In this document: positions 29,054 through 40,116 of the stretch, one piece after another | Numbering within the stretch: the stretch's first letter is position 1 | Layout: every line of letters begins with the position of its first letter | Assembly (NCBI GenBank): GCA_002345705.1 | Contig: DDWO01000023.1 | Location: 69,009 to 133,008 of the forward strand | DNA from: Acholeplasmataceae bacterium UBA2284 | GTDB taxonomy: Bacteria; Bacillota_I; Bacilli_A; Acholeplasmatales; Acholeplasmataceae | DNA length: 64,000 bases | Direction: 5' to 3' | Notes under the pieces: generated by a model | Told to the model about the DNA's origin: nothing | Databases searched by the model: none | What the model saw: the letters and a program-made list of their open reading frames with translations, nothing else | Made by a program: the position numbers and the translations under genes

Positions 29054-32000
29054 ATGATAAAACGAGTCTATGTTGAAAAAAAACCACAATTTCAAACAGC
29101 AAAAAAACTGCTTCAGCAATCGATTAAAGAAGATATTGGTGTAAGTCTTAATGGACTAAGAAGCTTCGTTATTTATGAAATTTTTAATACCGATGAAAAG
29201 GCATATCAGCTGATGAAGTGGAATGTACTAGCTGAAAAAGCAACTGATGCTATTTTTGAATCAATGGATTTAGATCAGATTCAGCATTTATGCTATACAT
29301 ATTTACCAGGTCAGTATGATCAAAGAGCAGATTCAGCGATGCAATGTATTGGTTTACTCGGGTTTCCAGAAATCATTGTTCAATGCTCTGAATTATTAAC
29401 ATTTGAACCAATTGATATTGAGTCTTATCAGCTCCTTGAAAACTATATGATTAATCAAGTTGAGATGACAAAAAAAGATTTATTGAAAAAACCTGAACTA
29501 CCTGAGTATCATAAAGCAGATTCAGTTCAAACATTTAAAAACTTTATGAATCTAGAATTAGAGGAATTAAAAAGCTTTTACAATGCAAAGGGATTTGCAA
29601 TGAAGTTTGATGATCTATTATTTATTCAAGCTTATTTTAAAGGGCTGAAAAGAAATCCTACAGAAACCGAAATTTATGCACTAGATACCTATTGGTCTGA
29701 TCATTGCAGACATACAACATTTGAGACAATACTTACTGATATTCAAGTAGAAGATATTGATTCCATGCCTTGGATTCATGAATCAATAAAAAATTATAAA
29801 GAACTAAGAAATATCACTCATCAAAAGGATAAACCAATTACATTGATGGATATTGCTACGCTTTATGGCAAGTATATGATTAAAAATGGTTTAGCTGATG
29901 ATATCGAGATTTCAGATGAAGTTAATGCATGCAGTGTAAAAATAGATGTTGAAGGCGAGCCATATCTTTTAATGTTTAAAAATGAGACTCATAATCACCC
30001 GACAGAGATAGAACCCTTTGGTGGAGCATCCACCTGCATAGGTGGTGCTATCAGAGATCCACTCTCTGGACGTTCTTATGTCTATCAAGCAGCAAGAGTT
30101 ACTGGTGCAGCGAATGTGCTTGCACCACTTAAAGAGACTAGAAAAGGAAAACTTCCTCAAGCGGTCATCACCAAAAAAGCTACTGAAGGGTTTAGTTCCT
30201 ATGGCAATCAAATCGGGCTTGCTACAACACTTGTTAGAGAAATTTATCATCCAGGCTATGAAGCGAAAAGACTTGAATTAGGTGCTGTTGTAGGTGCTGT
30301 CAAGCTAGATTCAATTAAACGTGAAAAGCCTTTACCAGGCGATTATATCATTCTTATTGGTGGTAAAACAGGTCGTGATGGAATTGGTGGAGCAACAGGA
30401 TCAAGCAAGGCTCATCACAAAAAATCCATTGTTGAAGCTTCCAGTGAAGTTCAAAAGGGAAATGCTTTAATCGAAAGAAAACTTCAACGCTTATTTTTGA
30501 ATAAAGAAGTAACACTAATGATTAAGAAGGCGAATGATTTTGGAGCAGGTGGAGTTGCTGTTGCTATTGGTGAATTGGCAGATGGTATCACCATCAATTT
30601 AGATCAAGTTCCATTAAAATACTTTGGATTAAATGCAACTGAAATTGCTATCTCTGAAAGTCAAGAACGCATGGCAATCGTTATCGATCCAAAGGATTTG
30701 AATCAGCTTTCAAAATATATAGAAAAAGAAAATTTAACTTGGAATCATGTTGGAACAGTTACCGATAAAAATAATCTAGTTATGCTCAAAGATGGTGTTG
30801 AAGTATTAAATATTGAAAGAGATTTTCTAGCAACCAATGGTGTAAAACAAAATTCTATAGCCTTTATTGAAAAGCCAAATAGAAAGTATGAAGATCTATT
30901 ATCTCGAACAAAAACTTTTGATGAGGCAATCATCAAGGCACTACAATCTATTCACACTTCATCTCAAAAGGGAATGATTGAATACTTTGATTCAACGATT
31001 GGATCCACGACTGTTTTAATGCCATTTGGTGGAAAAACAGGTCATACTGAAGTGGATGCTTCAGTTCAAAAGCTTCCTATTTATCACAGAAAAACAGATA
31101 CAGCAAGTGTGCTAACCTTTGGATTCAATCCAGAGTTAACAAGCTGGTCTCCTTATCATGGAGCGTACTTAGCTGTTATTGAAGCTATATCTAAAACAGT
31201 TGCAGTCAATGGAAATTTCAGAAGCATTCGATTTTCATTTCAGGAATATTTTAAAAGATTAGGAACAGATTCAAAGGCTTGGGGTAGTGTATTTGCAGCT
31301 CTTCTAGGAGCACTTCAAGCACAAATGGATTTTAAACTACCTTCCATTGGCGGTAAGGATAGCATGAGTGGTTCCTTTGAAGAGCTTCACGTTCCACCTA
31401 CATTCGTTGCCTTTGCAGTTACTACTGCTCAGGCATCCAAGGTTGTTTCACCAGAATTTAAGGAGCCAGGTAATTACATCTATCTTTATAATCCTTTATG
31501 CGAGCACCATTTACCGATAGCGAACCATATGATGAGGGACTATGATTTCATTCAATCCAATATGAATGAAAAAAACATTGTAAGCTCAAAGGCATTACTA
31601 CAAGGTGGTTGGCTAGAGGCAGTTCTTAAAATGTCATTTGGAAATCTCTTAGGTGTTGAACTAGATGATGATATTGATGTATCTGATGCAATAGCTATGA
31701 ATTATGGTGGACTTATTATTGAATCTCGTATTCCTATCAATCATAATCATTTCAGATACATAGGAGAAATCATTGAGAGTCCGATGTTGGTCTACCAGCA
31801 TCGCTCATATGAATTAAAAGAGGCTTATGAGATTCATAAAAATCTATTTGAGCATTTATTTCCGACAAGTGTTGATCATGACTCAACATGCTATACCATT
31901 CCAAAGAAAAGTGAAGAATCACCTCTTCAAAAGGAAGAGATGCCAACAAGGCCAAAGGTCTGCATAGCTGTTTTTCCAGGAACCAATTGTGAACTTGATT

Positions 32001-32752
32001 CTCAAAAAGCATTTATAGATGCTGGGGCAGATGTTGAAATCACTTTATTTAGAAATCAAGATCAACATGCGATTAACGAGTCTATAAATGAACTCTCAAA
32101 AGCAATAGACCAATCGGATATCTTCATGATTCCTGGAGGATTTAGCGCAGGAGATGAACCTGATGGTTCTGGTAAATTTATTGCTGCTGTATTACTCAAT
32201 CAAAAAGTAAAGGCTTCGATTGAAAAGCTTCAAGCAAGAAACGGATTGATTTTAGGTATTTGTAATGGATTTCAGGCACTTATTAAATCAGGCTTACTTC
32301 CGTTTGGGAAGCTTGGTGATGTTCATGAAAACAGTCCGACATTGACCCTAAATACGATCAATCGACATGTCTCAAAAATGGTTAGAACAAAAGTCGTTAA
32401 TAATCAATCACCTTGGTATAATCAAATCGAATTAAGCCAAATCCATGTTGTTCCAGTTTCTCATGGCGAAGGTAGATTTTATGCAAATGAAGATACATTG
32501 AATGAATTGATTCAAAATAATCAAATTGTGACTCAGTATGTAGATTTAAATGGAAATGCAACAATGGATGGCAACTTTAATCCAAATGGTTCTATGATGG
32601 CAATTGAAGGCATCGTAAGCCCTAACGGAAGAATCCTAGGAAAAATGGCCCATTCAGAACGCTATGGAGATAACCTATATAAAAACATACCTGGAAATAA
32701 ACAGGAAAATATATTTAAATGCGCTGTTGAAGCAGTCAAAAGGGGAATATAA
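29054..32752 (+). CDS. purL: FGAM synthase, large fused form including glutaminase domain
   Basis: WSDHCRH, ETHNHPT, DFGAGG, SESQERM, FPGTNCE, GGFSAGDEPDG, GICNGFQ, HGEG, MAHSER. Confidence 0.96.
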   Translation: MIKRVYVEKKPQFQTAKKLLQQSIKEDIGVSLNGLRSFVIYEIFNTDEKAYQLMKWNVLAEKATDAIFESMDLDQIQHLCYTYLPGQYDQRADSAMQCIGLLGFPEIIVQCSELLTFEPIDIESYQLLENYMINQVEMTKKDLLKKPELPEYHKADSVQTFKNFMNLELEELKSFYNAKGFAMKFDDLLFIQAYFKGLKRNPTETEIYALDTYWSDHCRHTTFETILTDIQVEDIDSMPWIHESIKNYKELRNITHQKDKPITLMDIATLYGKYMIKNGLADDIEISDEVNACSVKIDVEGEPYLLMFKNETHNHPTEIEPFGGASTCIGGAIRDPLSGRSYVYQAARVTGAANVLAPLKETRKGKLPQAVITKKATEGFSSYGNQIGLATTLVREIYHPGYEAKRLELGAVVGAVKLDSIKREKPLPGDYIILIGGKTGRDGIGGATGSSKAHHKKSIVEASSEVQKGNALIERKLQRLFLNKEVTLMIKKANDFGAGGVAVAIGELADGITINLDQVPLKYFGLNATEIAISESQERMAIVIDPKDLNQLSKYIEKENLTWNHVGTVTDKNNLVMLKDGVEVLNIERDFLATNGVKQNSIAFIEKPNRKYEDLLSRTKTFDEAIIKALQSIHTSSQKGMIEYFDSTIGSTTVLMPFGGKTGHTEVDASVQKLPIYHRKTDTASVLTFGFNPELTSWSPYHGAYLAVIEAISKTVAVNGNFRSIRFSFQEYFKRLGTDSKAWGSVFAALLGALQAQMDFKLPSIGGKDSMSGSFEELHVPPTFVAFAVTTAQASKVVSPEFKEPGNYIYLYNPLCEHHLPIANHMMRDYDFIQSNMNEKNIVSSKALLQGGWLEAVLKMSFGNLLGVELDDDIDVSDAIAMNYGGLIIESRIPINHNHFRYIGEIIESPMLVYQHRSYELKEAYEIHKNLFEHLFPTSVDHDSTCYTIPKKSEESPLQKEEMPTRPKVCIAVFPGTNCELDSQKAFIDAGADVEITLFRNQDQHAINESINELSKAIDQSDIFMIPGGFSAGDEPDGSGKFIAAVLLNQKVKASIEKLQARNGLILGICNGFQALIKSGLLPFGKLGDVHENSPTLTLNTINRHVSKMVRTKVVNNQSPWYNQIELSQIHVVPVSHGEGRFYANEDTLNELIQNNQIVTQYVDLNGNATMDGNFNPNGSMMAIEGIVSPNGRILGKMAHSERYGDNLYKNIPGNKQENIFKCAVEAVKRGI

Positions 32753-32754
32753 AA

Positions 32755-33471
32755 ATGGAAATAATCAAGCAAGAAATGATTTATGAAGGAAAAGCTAAAA
32801 TGGTCTACAAGACCAATTCTAATGATTTTGTGATTATCTATTATAAAGATGATGCCACAGCATTCAATGGTCTAAAAAAATCGACCGTACATGAAAAAGG
32901 GATTATGAATAATGAAATCACTCATATCATCTTTGATTATTTGAATTCTAAAAATATACCAACTCATTTTGTAGAGAAGCTTAATGAAAGAGAACAATTA
33001 TGTAAGGTTGTTGATATATTCAAAATTGAAGTCATCATCAGAAATGTGATTACTGGTAGTATGTCAAAAAGATTAGGAATCAAGGATGGCACTATACCAG
33101 AACATACAATCTATGAAATGTGCTATAAAAATGATGAGTATCAAGATCCTTTAATTAACGAAGATCATGCACTTGCACTAAAACTTGCAACAAGAGAAGA
33201 GCTGAAGCAAATTAAGGAATTAGCATATAAAATCAATGATATGCTTAAAGTATTACTTAACGAAATGAATATATTACTCGTCGACTTAAAATTAGAATTT
33301 GGTAAAGACAAAGAAGGAAAAATTATTCTTGCTGATGAAATATCCCCAGATACCTGTCGCTTTTGGGATAAAAATACACTCTATAAACTAGATAAAGATC
33401 GTTTTAGACTTAATCTAGGTGGTGTTGAAAGTGCGTACGGAGAAATACTAAAAAGACTAAGAACACTTTAG
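32755..33471 (+). CDS. purC: SAICAR synthetase
   Basis: YEGKAK, KDDATAFNG, LADEISPDTCRFWD, LDKDRFR. Confidence 0.97.
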   Translation: MEIIKQEMIYEGKAKMVYKTNSNDFVIIYYKDDATAFNGLKKSTVHEKGIMNNEITHIIFDYLNSKNIPTHFVEKLNEREQLCKVVDIFKIEVIIRNVITGSMSKRLGIKDGTIPEHTIYEMCYKNDEYQDPLINEDHALALKLATREELKQIKELAYKINDMLKVLLNEMNILLVDLKLEFGKDKEGKIILADEISPDTCRFWDKNTLYKLDKDRFRLNLGGVESAYGEILKRLRTL

Positions 33472-33477
33472 GAGAAA

Positions 33478-34893
33478 ATGATGATTAAAACTGTTGATAT
33501 TCATCAAGAAATGCATGAAGAATGTGGTGTATTTGGAGTCTTCAATCATCACCAAGCTGCATTACTCACCTATCATGGACTGAATGCCCTGCAACATAGA
33601 GGGCAGGAAGGCTGTGGTATGGTTTCAAGCGATGGCACTTTATTAAAGCAATTCAAGGGTGAAGGTCTCGTTAAAAATGTTTTTAAGAAAAAGGATGTGG
33701 ATGCACTTAAGGGGATTCATGCGATTGGTCATGTTAGATATTCGACCAGTGGTGGTGGAGGAATTAACAATGTCCAACCCTTTCTTTTTCAATCACAAAA
33801 TGGACCCCTAGGACTTTGCCATAACGGAAATCTAGTCAATGCGAATAAACTCAAAGGATATCTAGAACAACATGGATCCATTTTTCAAACAACATCTGAT
33901 TCTGAAATCATCGCACATCTTTTAAAAAGACAAAGAGGAAGCATGCTGACACGCATCAAAGAATCACTGATCTACGTTGAAGGATCATTTGCTTTTCTAT
34001 TCCTTTTAGAAAATGAGCTTTATCTTGCACTGGATAAGCAAGGGCTTAGACCATTATCGATTGGAAAGGTTGGGAAATCAGGAATTGTGATTTCAAGTGA
34101 AACCTGTGCAATCGATGCAGTAGGAGCTAAATTTGTTAGAGACATTCTTCCAGGTGAAGTTCTAAGAATTTCAAAAAATGGGTTTGAATCGGTTTTCTAT
34201 TCCGAGGATCGCAAGCATCAAATGTGTATGATGGAGTATGTTTATTTTGCAAGACCTGATAGCCAAATAGAAGGCATTAACGTTTATCAAGCAAGAAAAG
34301 CCTGTGGTAAAGTGCTTGCAGAAGAAGCTCCTGTTGATGCAGATATCGTTATTGGTGTTCCTGATTCAGGGATGAGCTCAGCAATTGGATTTGCTGAAGC
34401 ATCAAAGCTTCCTTTGGAATTAGGATTAATAAAAAATAAAACATCGGATAGAACATTTATTGAACCTAACAAGCTTTTAAGAGAACAGGGTGTTGCATTA
34501 AAACTATCCGTTGTCAAATCAGTTATTAAAGGAAAACGAGTTGTTTTAGTCGATGATTCTATTGTTAGAGGAACAACCATAAAGCAATTAATCAATCTAA
34601 TAAAAAAAGCAGGAGCTAAGGAAGTTCATGTAAGAATAACTTCTCCAGAAATTAAATATCCATGCTTTTATGGAGTTGATTTTTCAACCTATGATGAGCT
34701 AATCTCAGCAAATAACACGCCAACTCAAATGAAAGATTTGATTGGTGCGGATTCCATCTTCTTTATATCCATAGAAGGATTAATCAAAGGAGTAGGAAGA
34801 AAGCCAGGTGCTCATTGTACTGCATGCTATAACAAGGAGTATCCTACATATCTCTATGATGAGTTAAAGCAAGCCAATAAAGAAATCAAATAG
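33478..34893 (+). CDS. purF: Amidophosphoribosyltransferase
   Basis: Propeptide then EECGVFG, LQHRGQE, GHVRYST, VVLVDDSIVRGTT, Fe-S cysteines (CTAC). Confidence 0.97.
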   Translation: MMIKTVDIHQEMHEECGVFGVFNHHQAALLTYHGLNALQHRGQEGCGMVSSDGTLLKQFKGEGLVKNVFKKKDVDALKGIHAIGHVRYSTSGGGGINNVQPFLFQSQNGPLGLCHNGNLVNANKLKGYLEQHGSIFQTTSDSEIIAHLLKRQRGSMLTRIKESLIYVEGSFAFLFLLENELYLALDKQGLRPLSIGKVGKSGIVISSETCAIDAVGAKFVRDILPGEVLRISKNGFESVFYSEDRKHQMCMMEYVYFARPDSQIEGINVYQARKACGKVLAEEAPVDADIVIGVPDSGMSSAIGFAEASKLPLELGLIKNKTSDRTFIEPNKLLREQGVALKLSVVKSVIKGKRVVLVDDSIVRGTTIKQLINLIKKAGAKEVHVRITSPEIKYPCFYGVDFSTYDELISANNTPTQMKDLIGADSIFFISIEGLIKGVGRKPGAHCTACYNKEYPTYLYDELKQANKEIK

Positions 34894-34904
34894 GAGGACA
34901 TCAG

Positions 34905-35912
34905 ATGAGTAATGCATATAAGAATGCTGGAGTTGACGTAAATAGAGGCTATGAAGCCGTCAATCGAATCAAGAAATACGCTAAAGCAACCAATAGACCA
35001 GGCGTGATGAGTCAGATCGGTTCCTTTGCTGGTCTTTTCGATTTAAAGCCCTTAAATTTGAAGGAGCCAGTTTTAGTTTCTGGTACAGATGGTGTTGGAA
35101 CTAAATTACTTGTTGCACAGCAATTCAATAGACATAATACTGTTGGTCAAGACTTAGTTGCTATGTGTGTCAATGACATCATTGCCTCTGGTGCAACCCC
35201 ACTTTTCTTTCTAGATTATATAGCTGTAGAAAAAATAGATCCAAACCATATCGAAGAATTAATGAAAGGTATTTATCAAGGCTGCAAGCTTGCTAATTGT
35301 GCTTTAATAGGCGGTGAAACTGCTGAAATGCCAGATATGTATCATGATGGACATTATGATTTAGCTGGCTTCGCTGTTGGAGCAGTTGAAAAAAATCAAA
35401 TAATAACAGGAGAAACTATCATTCCTGGTGATATTGTAATTGGATTACCATCCTCTGGATTGCATTCAAATGGTTATAGCTTAGTTAGGAAGATCTTATT
35501 TAAGGATCAGCATCAAGAATTAGATGGAAAAATAATAGATCAAATTCTTGAGCCTACTAAAATATATGTGAAGCCAATACTAAATTTATTATCTAAAATT
35601 AAGGTTAAGGGTATTGCGCATATTACTGGTGGAGGATTCGATGAAAATATACCTAGAATTTTACCTGAAAACGTCGGTGTTGAAATTGATACAACCTCTT
35701 TTACAAGACCAGAGATTTATCATACACTTCAAAAAATGAGTTTAATGAGCGATCGAGAAATGTTTCAGGTTTTTAATATGGGCATAGGAATGATTGTGGT
35801 CATCGATTCTAATGATGTTAGTGAAACTCTTCAACTACTTCAAGAAGCAGGAGAAGATGCGAAAGTTATAGGGAGTATAACAAATCAGGAAGGCTTGACA
35901 TTCTTATGGTAA
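34905..35912 (+). CDS. purM: AIR synthetase
   Basis: YKNAGVD, TDGVGTK, GGETAEMP, SSGLHSNGYSL, AHITGGG, FNMGIG. Confidence 0.97.
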   Translation: MSNAYKNAGVDVNRGYEAVNRIKKYAKATNRPGVMSQIGSFAGLFDLKPLNLKEPVLVSGTDGVGTKLLVAQQFNRHNTVGQDLVAMCVNDIIASGATPLFFLDYIAVEKIDPNHIEELMKGIYQGCKLANCALIGGETAEMPDMYHDGHYDLAGFAVGAVEKNQIITGETIIPGDIVIGLPSSGLHSNGYSLVRKILFKDQHQELDGKIIDQILEPTKIYVKPILNLLSKIKVKGIAHITGGGFDENIPRILPENVGVEIDTTSFTRPEIYHTLQKMSLMSDREMFQVFNMGIGMIVVIDSNDVSETLQLLQEAGEDAKVIGSITNQEGLTFLW

Positions 35913-36466
35913 GTTTAGCAGTATTCGCATCTGGAAATGGATCTAATTTTGAAGCACTTGTTCATGGAGCTAAGGCATATCAAATCAAGTGTTTAATTGT
36001 TGATCAAAAGGATGCTTATGCAATAGATAGAGCAAGAAATATAAATATTCCATTTTATTTTATAGATAGAAACAAATTTCAATCGAGAAAAGATTATGAA
36101 TCTGCTATACTGGAAATACTTTGTCATCATCAAATCGAGTGGATTGCTCTCGCTGGATATATGAGAATGATTGGTCAAACCCTAATGAAAGCATATCCAA
36201 ATAAAATTATCAATATTCATCCATCCCTACTTCCTGCGTTTCCAGGTAAACATGCAATTCAAGATGCCTATCAAAGTCAAGTAAAAAAAACTGGCGTCAC
36301 TATCTTTATCATTGATGAAGGAATCGATACAGGAAAAATCATTGCACAAAGAAGTCTTGAGATTAAAGAAAATATCAAGATAGAAGATTTAGAAAAAGAA
36401 ATACATCAAATAGAGCATGAACTATTTAGTCAGACTCTTAATGATTTAATTGGAGGAAAAAAATGA
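35906..36466 (+). CDS. purN: GAR formyltransferase
   Basis: FASGNGSN, LAGYMR, NIHPSLLPAFPG, DEGIDTG. Confidence 0.96.
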   Translation: MVSLAVFASGNGSNFEALVHGAKAYQIKCLIVDQKDAYAIDRARNINIPFYFIDRNKFQSRKDYESAILEILCHHQIEWIALAGYMRMIGQTLMKAYPNKIINIHPSLLPAFPGKHAIQDAYQSQVKKTGVTIFIIDEGIDTGKIIAQRSLEIKENIKIEDLEKEIHQIEHELFSQTLNDLIGGKK

Positions 36467-37977
36467 AAAGAGCTCTCATCAGCGTAACCGATAAAAGTGG
36501 ACTCATTCCATTTGTTAAAGGATTGAAGTCTAAAGGATATGAAATCATATCGACAGGTGGAACCTATCAAATGCTTCATAATGAAGGCATTTCTTGCTTA
36601 AAAATTGATGAGGTGACAAATTTCCCTGAAATCTTTGAAGGAAGAGTCAAAACGCTTCATCCCATGGTTCATGGTGGTCTTCTAGGTAAAAGAGATAGCG
36701 AACTTCATATCAAGGAAGCAAATGAACAAGGTATAGAGTGGATTGATATGGTTGTTGTTAATCTATATCCTTTTAGAGAAACCATGAATAAAAAGGATAC
36801 TACAGATAGTGAAATCATTGAAAATATCGATATAGGTGGACCCTCTATGATTCGAAGTGCAGCGAAGAATCATCTTTTTGTTAGTGTCGTAACTGACATT
36901 AACGATTACGATATGATTATTGACTCTATGGATGAACAAGGAAATCTATCTAATAATCTAAGAAGAGAACTAGCTGCAAAAGCATTTCGATTAACTGCAC
37001 AATATGATTCTTGGATTGCAAGTTATCTTACAAAAGAAGTTTATCCAGAAAGACTTACCCTAACCTATACAAAAAAAGAAGTTTTAAGATATGGAGAAAA
37101 CCCACATCAAAGTGCAGCTTTATATGAAACCGGTGAAAAACTACCCTATTCACTTACCCAAGCTATAAAGCTTCACGGAAAAGAACTTTCTTATAATAAT
37201 ATACAAGATGCGAATGCATCATTAATGATTTTAAAGGAATTTTTAGATCCTTGTGTAGTTGCTGTTAAGCATATGAATCCTTGCGGTATTGGCAGTGATA
37301 TTGATTTTTACAAGGCGTGGAAAAAAGCCTATGAAGCAGATCCAGTTTCCATTTTTGGTGGCATTATTGCCGTTAATCAAAAATTAACAAAAGAGATTGC
37401 TAAAGAATTATCTCGACTCTTTTTAGAGGTTATTATCGCACCTGATTATGAAATGGAAGCATTATCTATTCTTAAAGAGAAGAAAAATGTGAGAATTCTC
37501 CAAGTAGCAATGGGAGCTAGAAAACCTCAATTTGATATCAAAGGCGTTGAAGGTGGAATACTTATTCAAAGTGAGGATAATATCCTTTATGAGTCGATGG
37601 AATGTCCAACAGTAATTAAACCAAGTGATGAGGACATTAAAGAGCTTTTATTTGCTTATCGTGCAGTCAAACATGTGAAATCAAATGCTATTGTTATAAC
37701 TAAAAATCAGATGACCATCGGTATTGGTGCTGGTCAAATGAATCGTGTAGGTGCAGCTAAAATAGCGATTGATCAAGCAGGAGCGAAAACAGAACAAGCA
37801 TATATGGCATCTGATGCATTCTTTCCAATGTCAGATACTGCCCTTTTAGCAGCAAATGCAAATATTAAAGCAATCATTCAACCAGGTGGAAGTATTAAAG
37901 ATAAGGAATCTATTGATATGTGCAATCAATATGGGATTGCTATGGTCTTTGTGAAGACTAGACATTTTAAGCACTAA
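36463..37977 (+). CDS. purH: AICAR transformylase / IMP cyclohydrolase
   Basis: ALISVTDK, GRVKTLHP, IDIGGPSM, RYGENPHQ, KHMNPCG, ASDAFFP, RHFKH. Confidence 0.97.
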   Translation: MKRALISVTDKSGLIPFVKGLKSKGYEIISTGGTYQMLHNEGISCLKIDEVTNFPEIFEGRVKTLHPMVHGGLLGKRDSELHIKEANEQGIEWIDMVVVNLYPFRETMNKKDTTDSEIIENIDIGGPSMIRSAAKNHLFVSVVTDINDYDMIIDSMDEQGNLSNNLRRELAAKAFRLTAQYDSWIASYLTKEVYPERLTLTYTKKEVLRYGENPHQSAALYETGEKLPYSLTQAIKLHGKELSYNNIQDANASLMILKEFLDPCVVAVKHMNPCGIGSDIDFYKAWKKAYEADPVSIFGGIIAVNQKLTKEIAKELSRLFLEVIIAPDYEMEALSILKEKKNVRILQVAMGARKPQFDIKGVEGGILIQSEDNILYESMECPTVIKPSDEDIKELLFAYRAVKHVKSNAIVITKNQMTIGIGAGQMNRVGAAKIAIDQAGAKTEQAYMASDAFFPMSDTALLAANANIKAIIQPGGSIKDKESIDMCNQYGIAMVFVKTRHFKH

Positions 37978-39197
37978 TGAATATTCTAATTATCGGTCAA
38001 GGCGGTAGAGAGCATGCAATTGCCTGGAAAATCCGACAAAGCAAGCATGCAAATCAAATCTTTGTCATACCTGGTAATGATGGTATGAAGGATGTTGCAA
38101 AGACTGTTGATATCGCTATCGATGATTATCCTTTAATCATCTCTTTTGCTATCGAAAACAACATCGATTTAACTATAGTTGGTAGTGAAAAACCATTGTG
38201 CGATGGATTAGTCGATATGATGGAAGAAAAGGGATTAAAAGTTTTTGGTCCATCTAAAAGAGCTGCTGAAATTGAAGGCTCAAAGGCATTTGCTAAAATG
38301 ATGATGGGAAAATACAATATTCCTACTGCATCTTATCACAATGTCAAGTCATTCGAGGAAGCAAAGAGAGTACTAATTCACTCTAAATATCCGATAGTCA
38401 TCAAGGCTGATGGTCTTGCTGCTGGAAAAGGTGTTGTCATCGCTAAAGATTTTCATGAAGCATTTGAAGCATCTGTATTATTTCTTGGTACAAACAAAAG
38501 CATTGTTATTGAAGAATATTTAGTAGGTATTGAGTTTTCACTGATTGCATTTGCAAATGGGAAAACTATGTATCCCTTTGAACTTGCACAGGATTATAAA
38601 AGAGCATTTGATCATCACCAAGGTCCAAATACAGGTGGTATGGGTTCATATAGTCCAGTCCCAAGTATTCCAAAGGAAGCTATCCATGAAGCTATTGAAA
38701 AGGTGATGAAGCCTATGCTTTATGGACTAGAAAAAGAAAATAGATCATTTAAAGGCTTTCTTTATGGTGGACTAATGCTTACAAAAGATGGTGTGAAGGT
38801 GATTGAATTCAATGCAAGACTTGGAGATCCAGAAGCTGAAGTCTTACTGCCTAGATTAGAAGATGATATGATTGAAACTATTATGTCTATAATGAATCAT
38901 GAATCAAGAACATTAACATTTAGTAAGTACGCATGTGTAGGAGTTGTGATGGCTAGTCAAGGCTATCCAGGGCATTATGATAAAGGATATCCAATTGAAA
39001 TAAAAAAACAGGATTCTATTCTATTCCATATGGGAACTAAATATGAAAATGGCAAATTTGTTACAAATGGTGGTAGGGTTTTAATTGCAGTTTCATTAGG
39101 AGAAAATATTGAAGAGGCTAGACATAAGACATATCAAGCTTTAAAGAATATCAGTTGCGAGAACATTTATTTTAGAAATGATATTGGTATATTATAA
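37977..39197 (+). CDS. purD: GAR synthetase
   Basis: GGREHA, PGNDG, EGSKAFAK, KADGLAAGKGV, GPNTGGMG, EFNARLGDPE, TNGGRV. Confidence 0.97.
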   Translation: MNILIIGQGGREHAIAWKIRQSKHANQIFVIPGNDGMKDVAKTVDIAIDDYPLIISFAIENNIDLTIVGSEKPLCDGLVDMMEEKGLKVFGPSKRAAEIEGSKAFAKMMMGKYNIPTASYHNVKSFEEAKRVLIHSKYPIVIKADGLAAGKGVVIAKDFHEAFEASVLFLGTNKSIVIEEYLVGIEFSLIAFANGKTMYPFELAQDYKRAFDHHQGPNTGGMGSYSPVPSIPKEAIHEAIEKVMKPMLYGLEKENRSFKGFLYGGLMLTKDGVKVIEFNARLGDPEAEVLLPRLEDDMIETIMSIMNHESRTLTFSKYACVGVVMASQGYPGHYDKGYPIEIKKQDSILFHMGTKYENGKFVTNGGRVLIAVSLGENIEEARHKTYQALKNISCENIYFRNDIGIL

Positions 39198-39289
39198 AAA
39201 AAATAATCAATGACTTTTATATGCATTGGTTTTTTTTATTTATTACATGCTATAATTTAAATATAAATACGCGAAGGGGGCTTCAATAA

Positions 39290-40096
39290 GTGAAAATAAA
39301 AATTTTAATTCTTGGAATATTTGTTTTGTTCATTACTTTTTTTATGTATGGATGTAGCAGTGAAAATTATGGTCCAATCGATAATGATGATGACTCAGGC
39401 ATAGTTAATCTTGCCAATGGAACTTCTCCAACAAGAAAGATTATTTACGAGGTTGAGCTTACAATATATACAAATCAATATGACGATACTATCAAATATG
39501 TTAGAGACCTAATAAATTCTGATGAATGGTTCGACAAAGAATCAGTATCTGAGCGTAGAGCAACCTTTATTTTACGTATAAAGACTGATCGATTAGATGA
39601 GGTATTAGATGATATTAAGTCAAACTACACAGTTAAAAATTATGAAAAATCAGCAACTGATATTTCATTAGCATATCAGGATACATCCGATAAAATTACA
39701 GCTCTTCAACTTCAGCATACAAGATTACTAGAATTATATGAAACGGCTTCTCTATCGGATATGATACTAATAAATACACAGCTTTCATCAATTGAAGTAC
39801 AAATTGCACAGCTCCAAGGAACACTCAATCAATTCGATAGCCTTGTTGACTACAGTGTTATTGAAATAGAGATTTATAGTTCTGCAGTATCCTCAAGACT
39901 ACCGTTCTTTAATAGAATAGGAGTAGCACTTGAAAATGGATTTCATGCGGTTGTTATTATTTTGGATGGAATTGTAATAGCTCTAGCAACATTACTTCCG
40001 ATTGCAGCTTTTTTTGTTCCTTCTGGATATGGAATATATCGTCTTGTTAAGTATATAAATAAACGTAAAAAAACCAAAAAATTGAATAAGGAATAA
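39290..40096 (+). CDS. DUF4349-like lipoprotein with C-terminal TM segment
   Basis: Lipobox-like MYGC; RKIIY.V.L, DIS..Y.D, coiled-coil heptads, VDYS.I.I. Family recognised by pattern only. Confidence 0.7.
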   Translation: MKIKILILGIFVLFITFFMYGCSSENYGPIDNDDDSGIVNLANGTSPTRKIIYEVELTIYTNQYDDTIKYVRDLINSDEWFDKESVSERRATFILRIKTDRLDEVLDDIKSNYTVKNYEKSATDISLAYQDTSDKITALQLQHTRLLELYETASLSDMILINTQLSSIEVQIAQLQGTLNQFDSLVDYSVIEIEIYSSAVSSRLPFFNRIGVALENGFHAVVIILDGIVIALATLLPIAAFFVPSGYGIYRLVKYINKRKKTKKLNKE

Positions 40097-40116
40097 TAAA
40101 TTAAAAGGGTGGGAAT

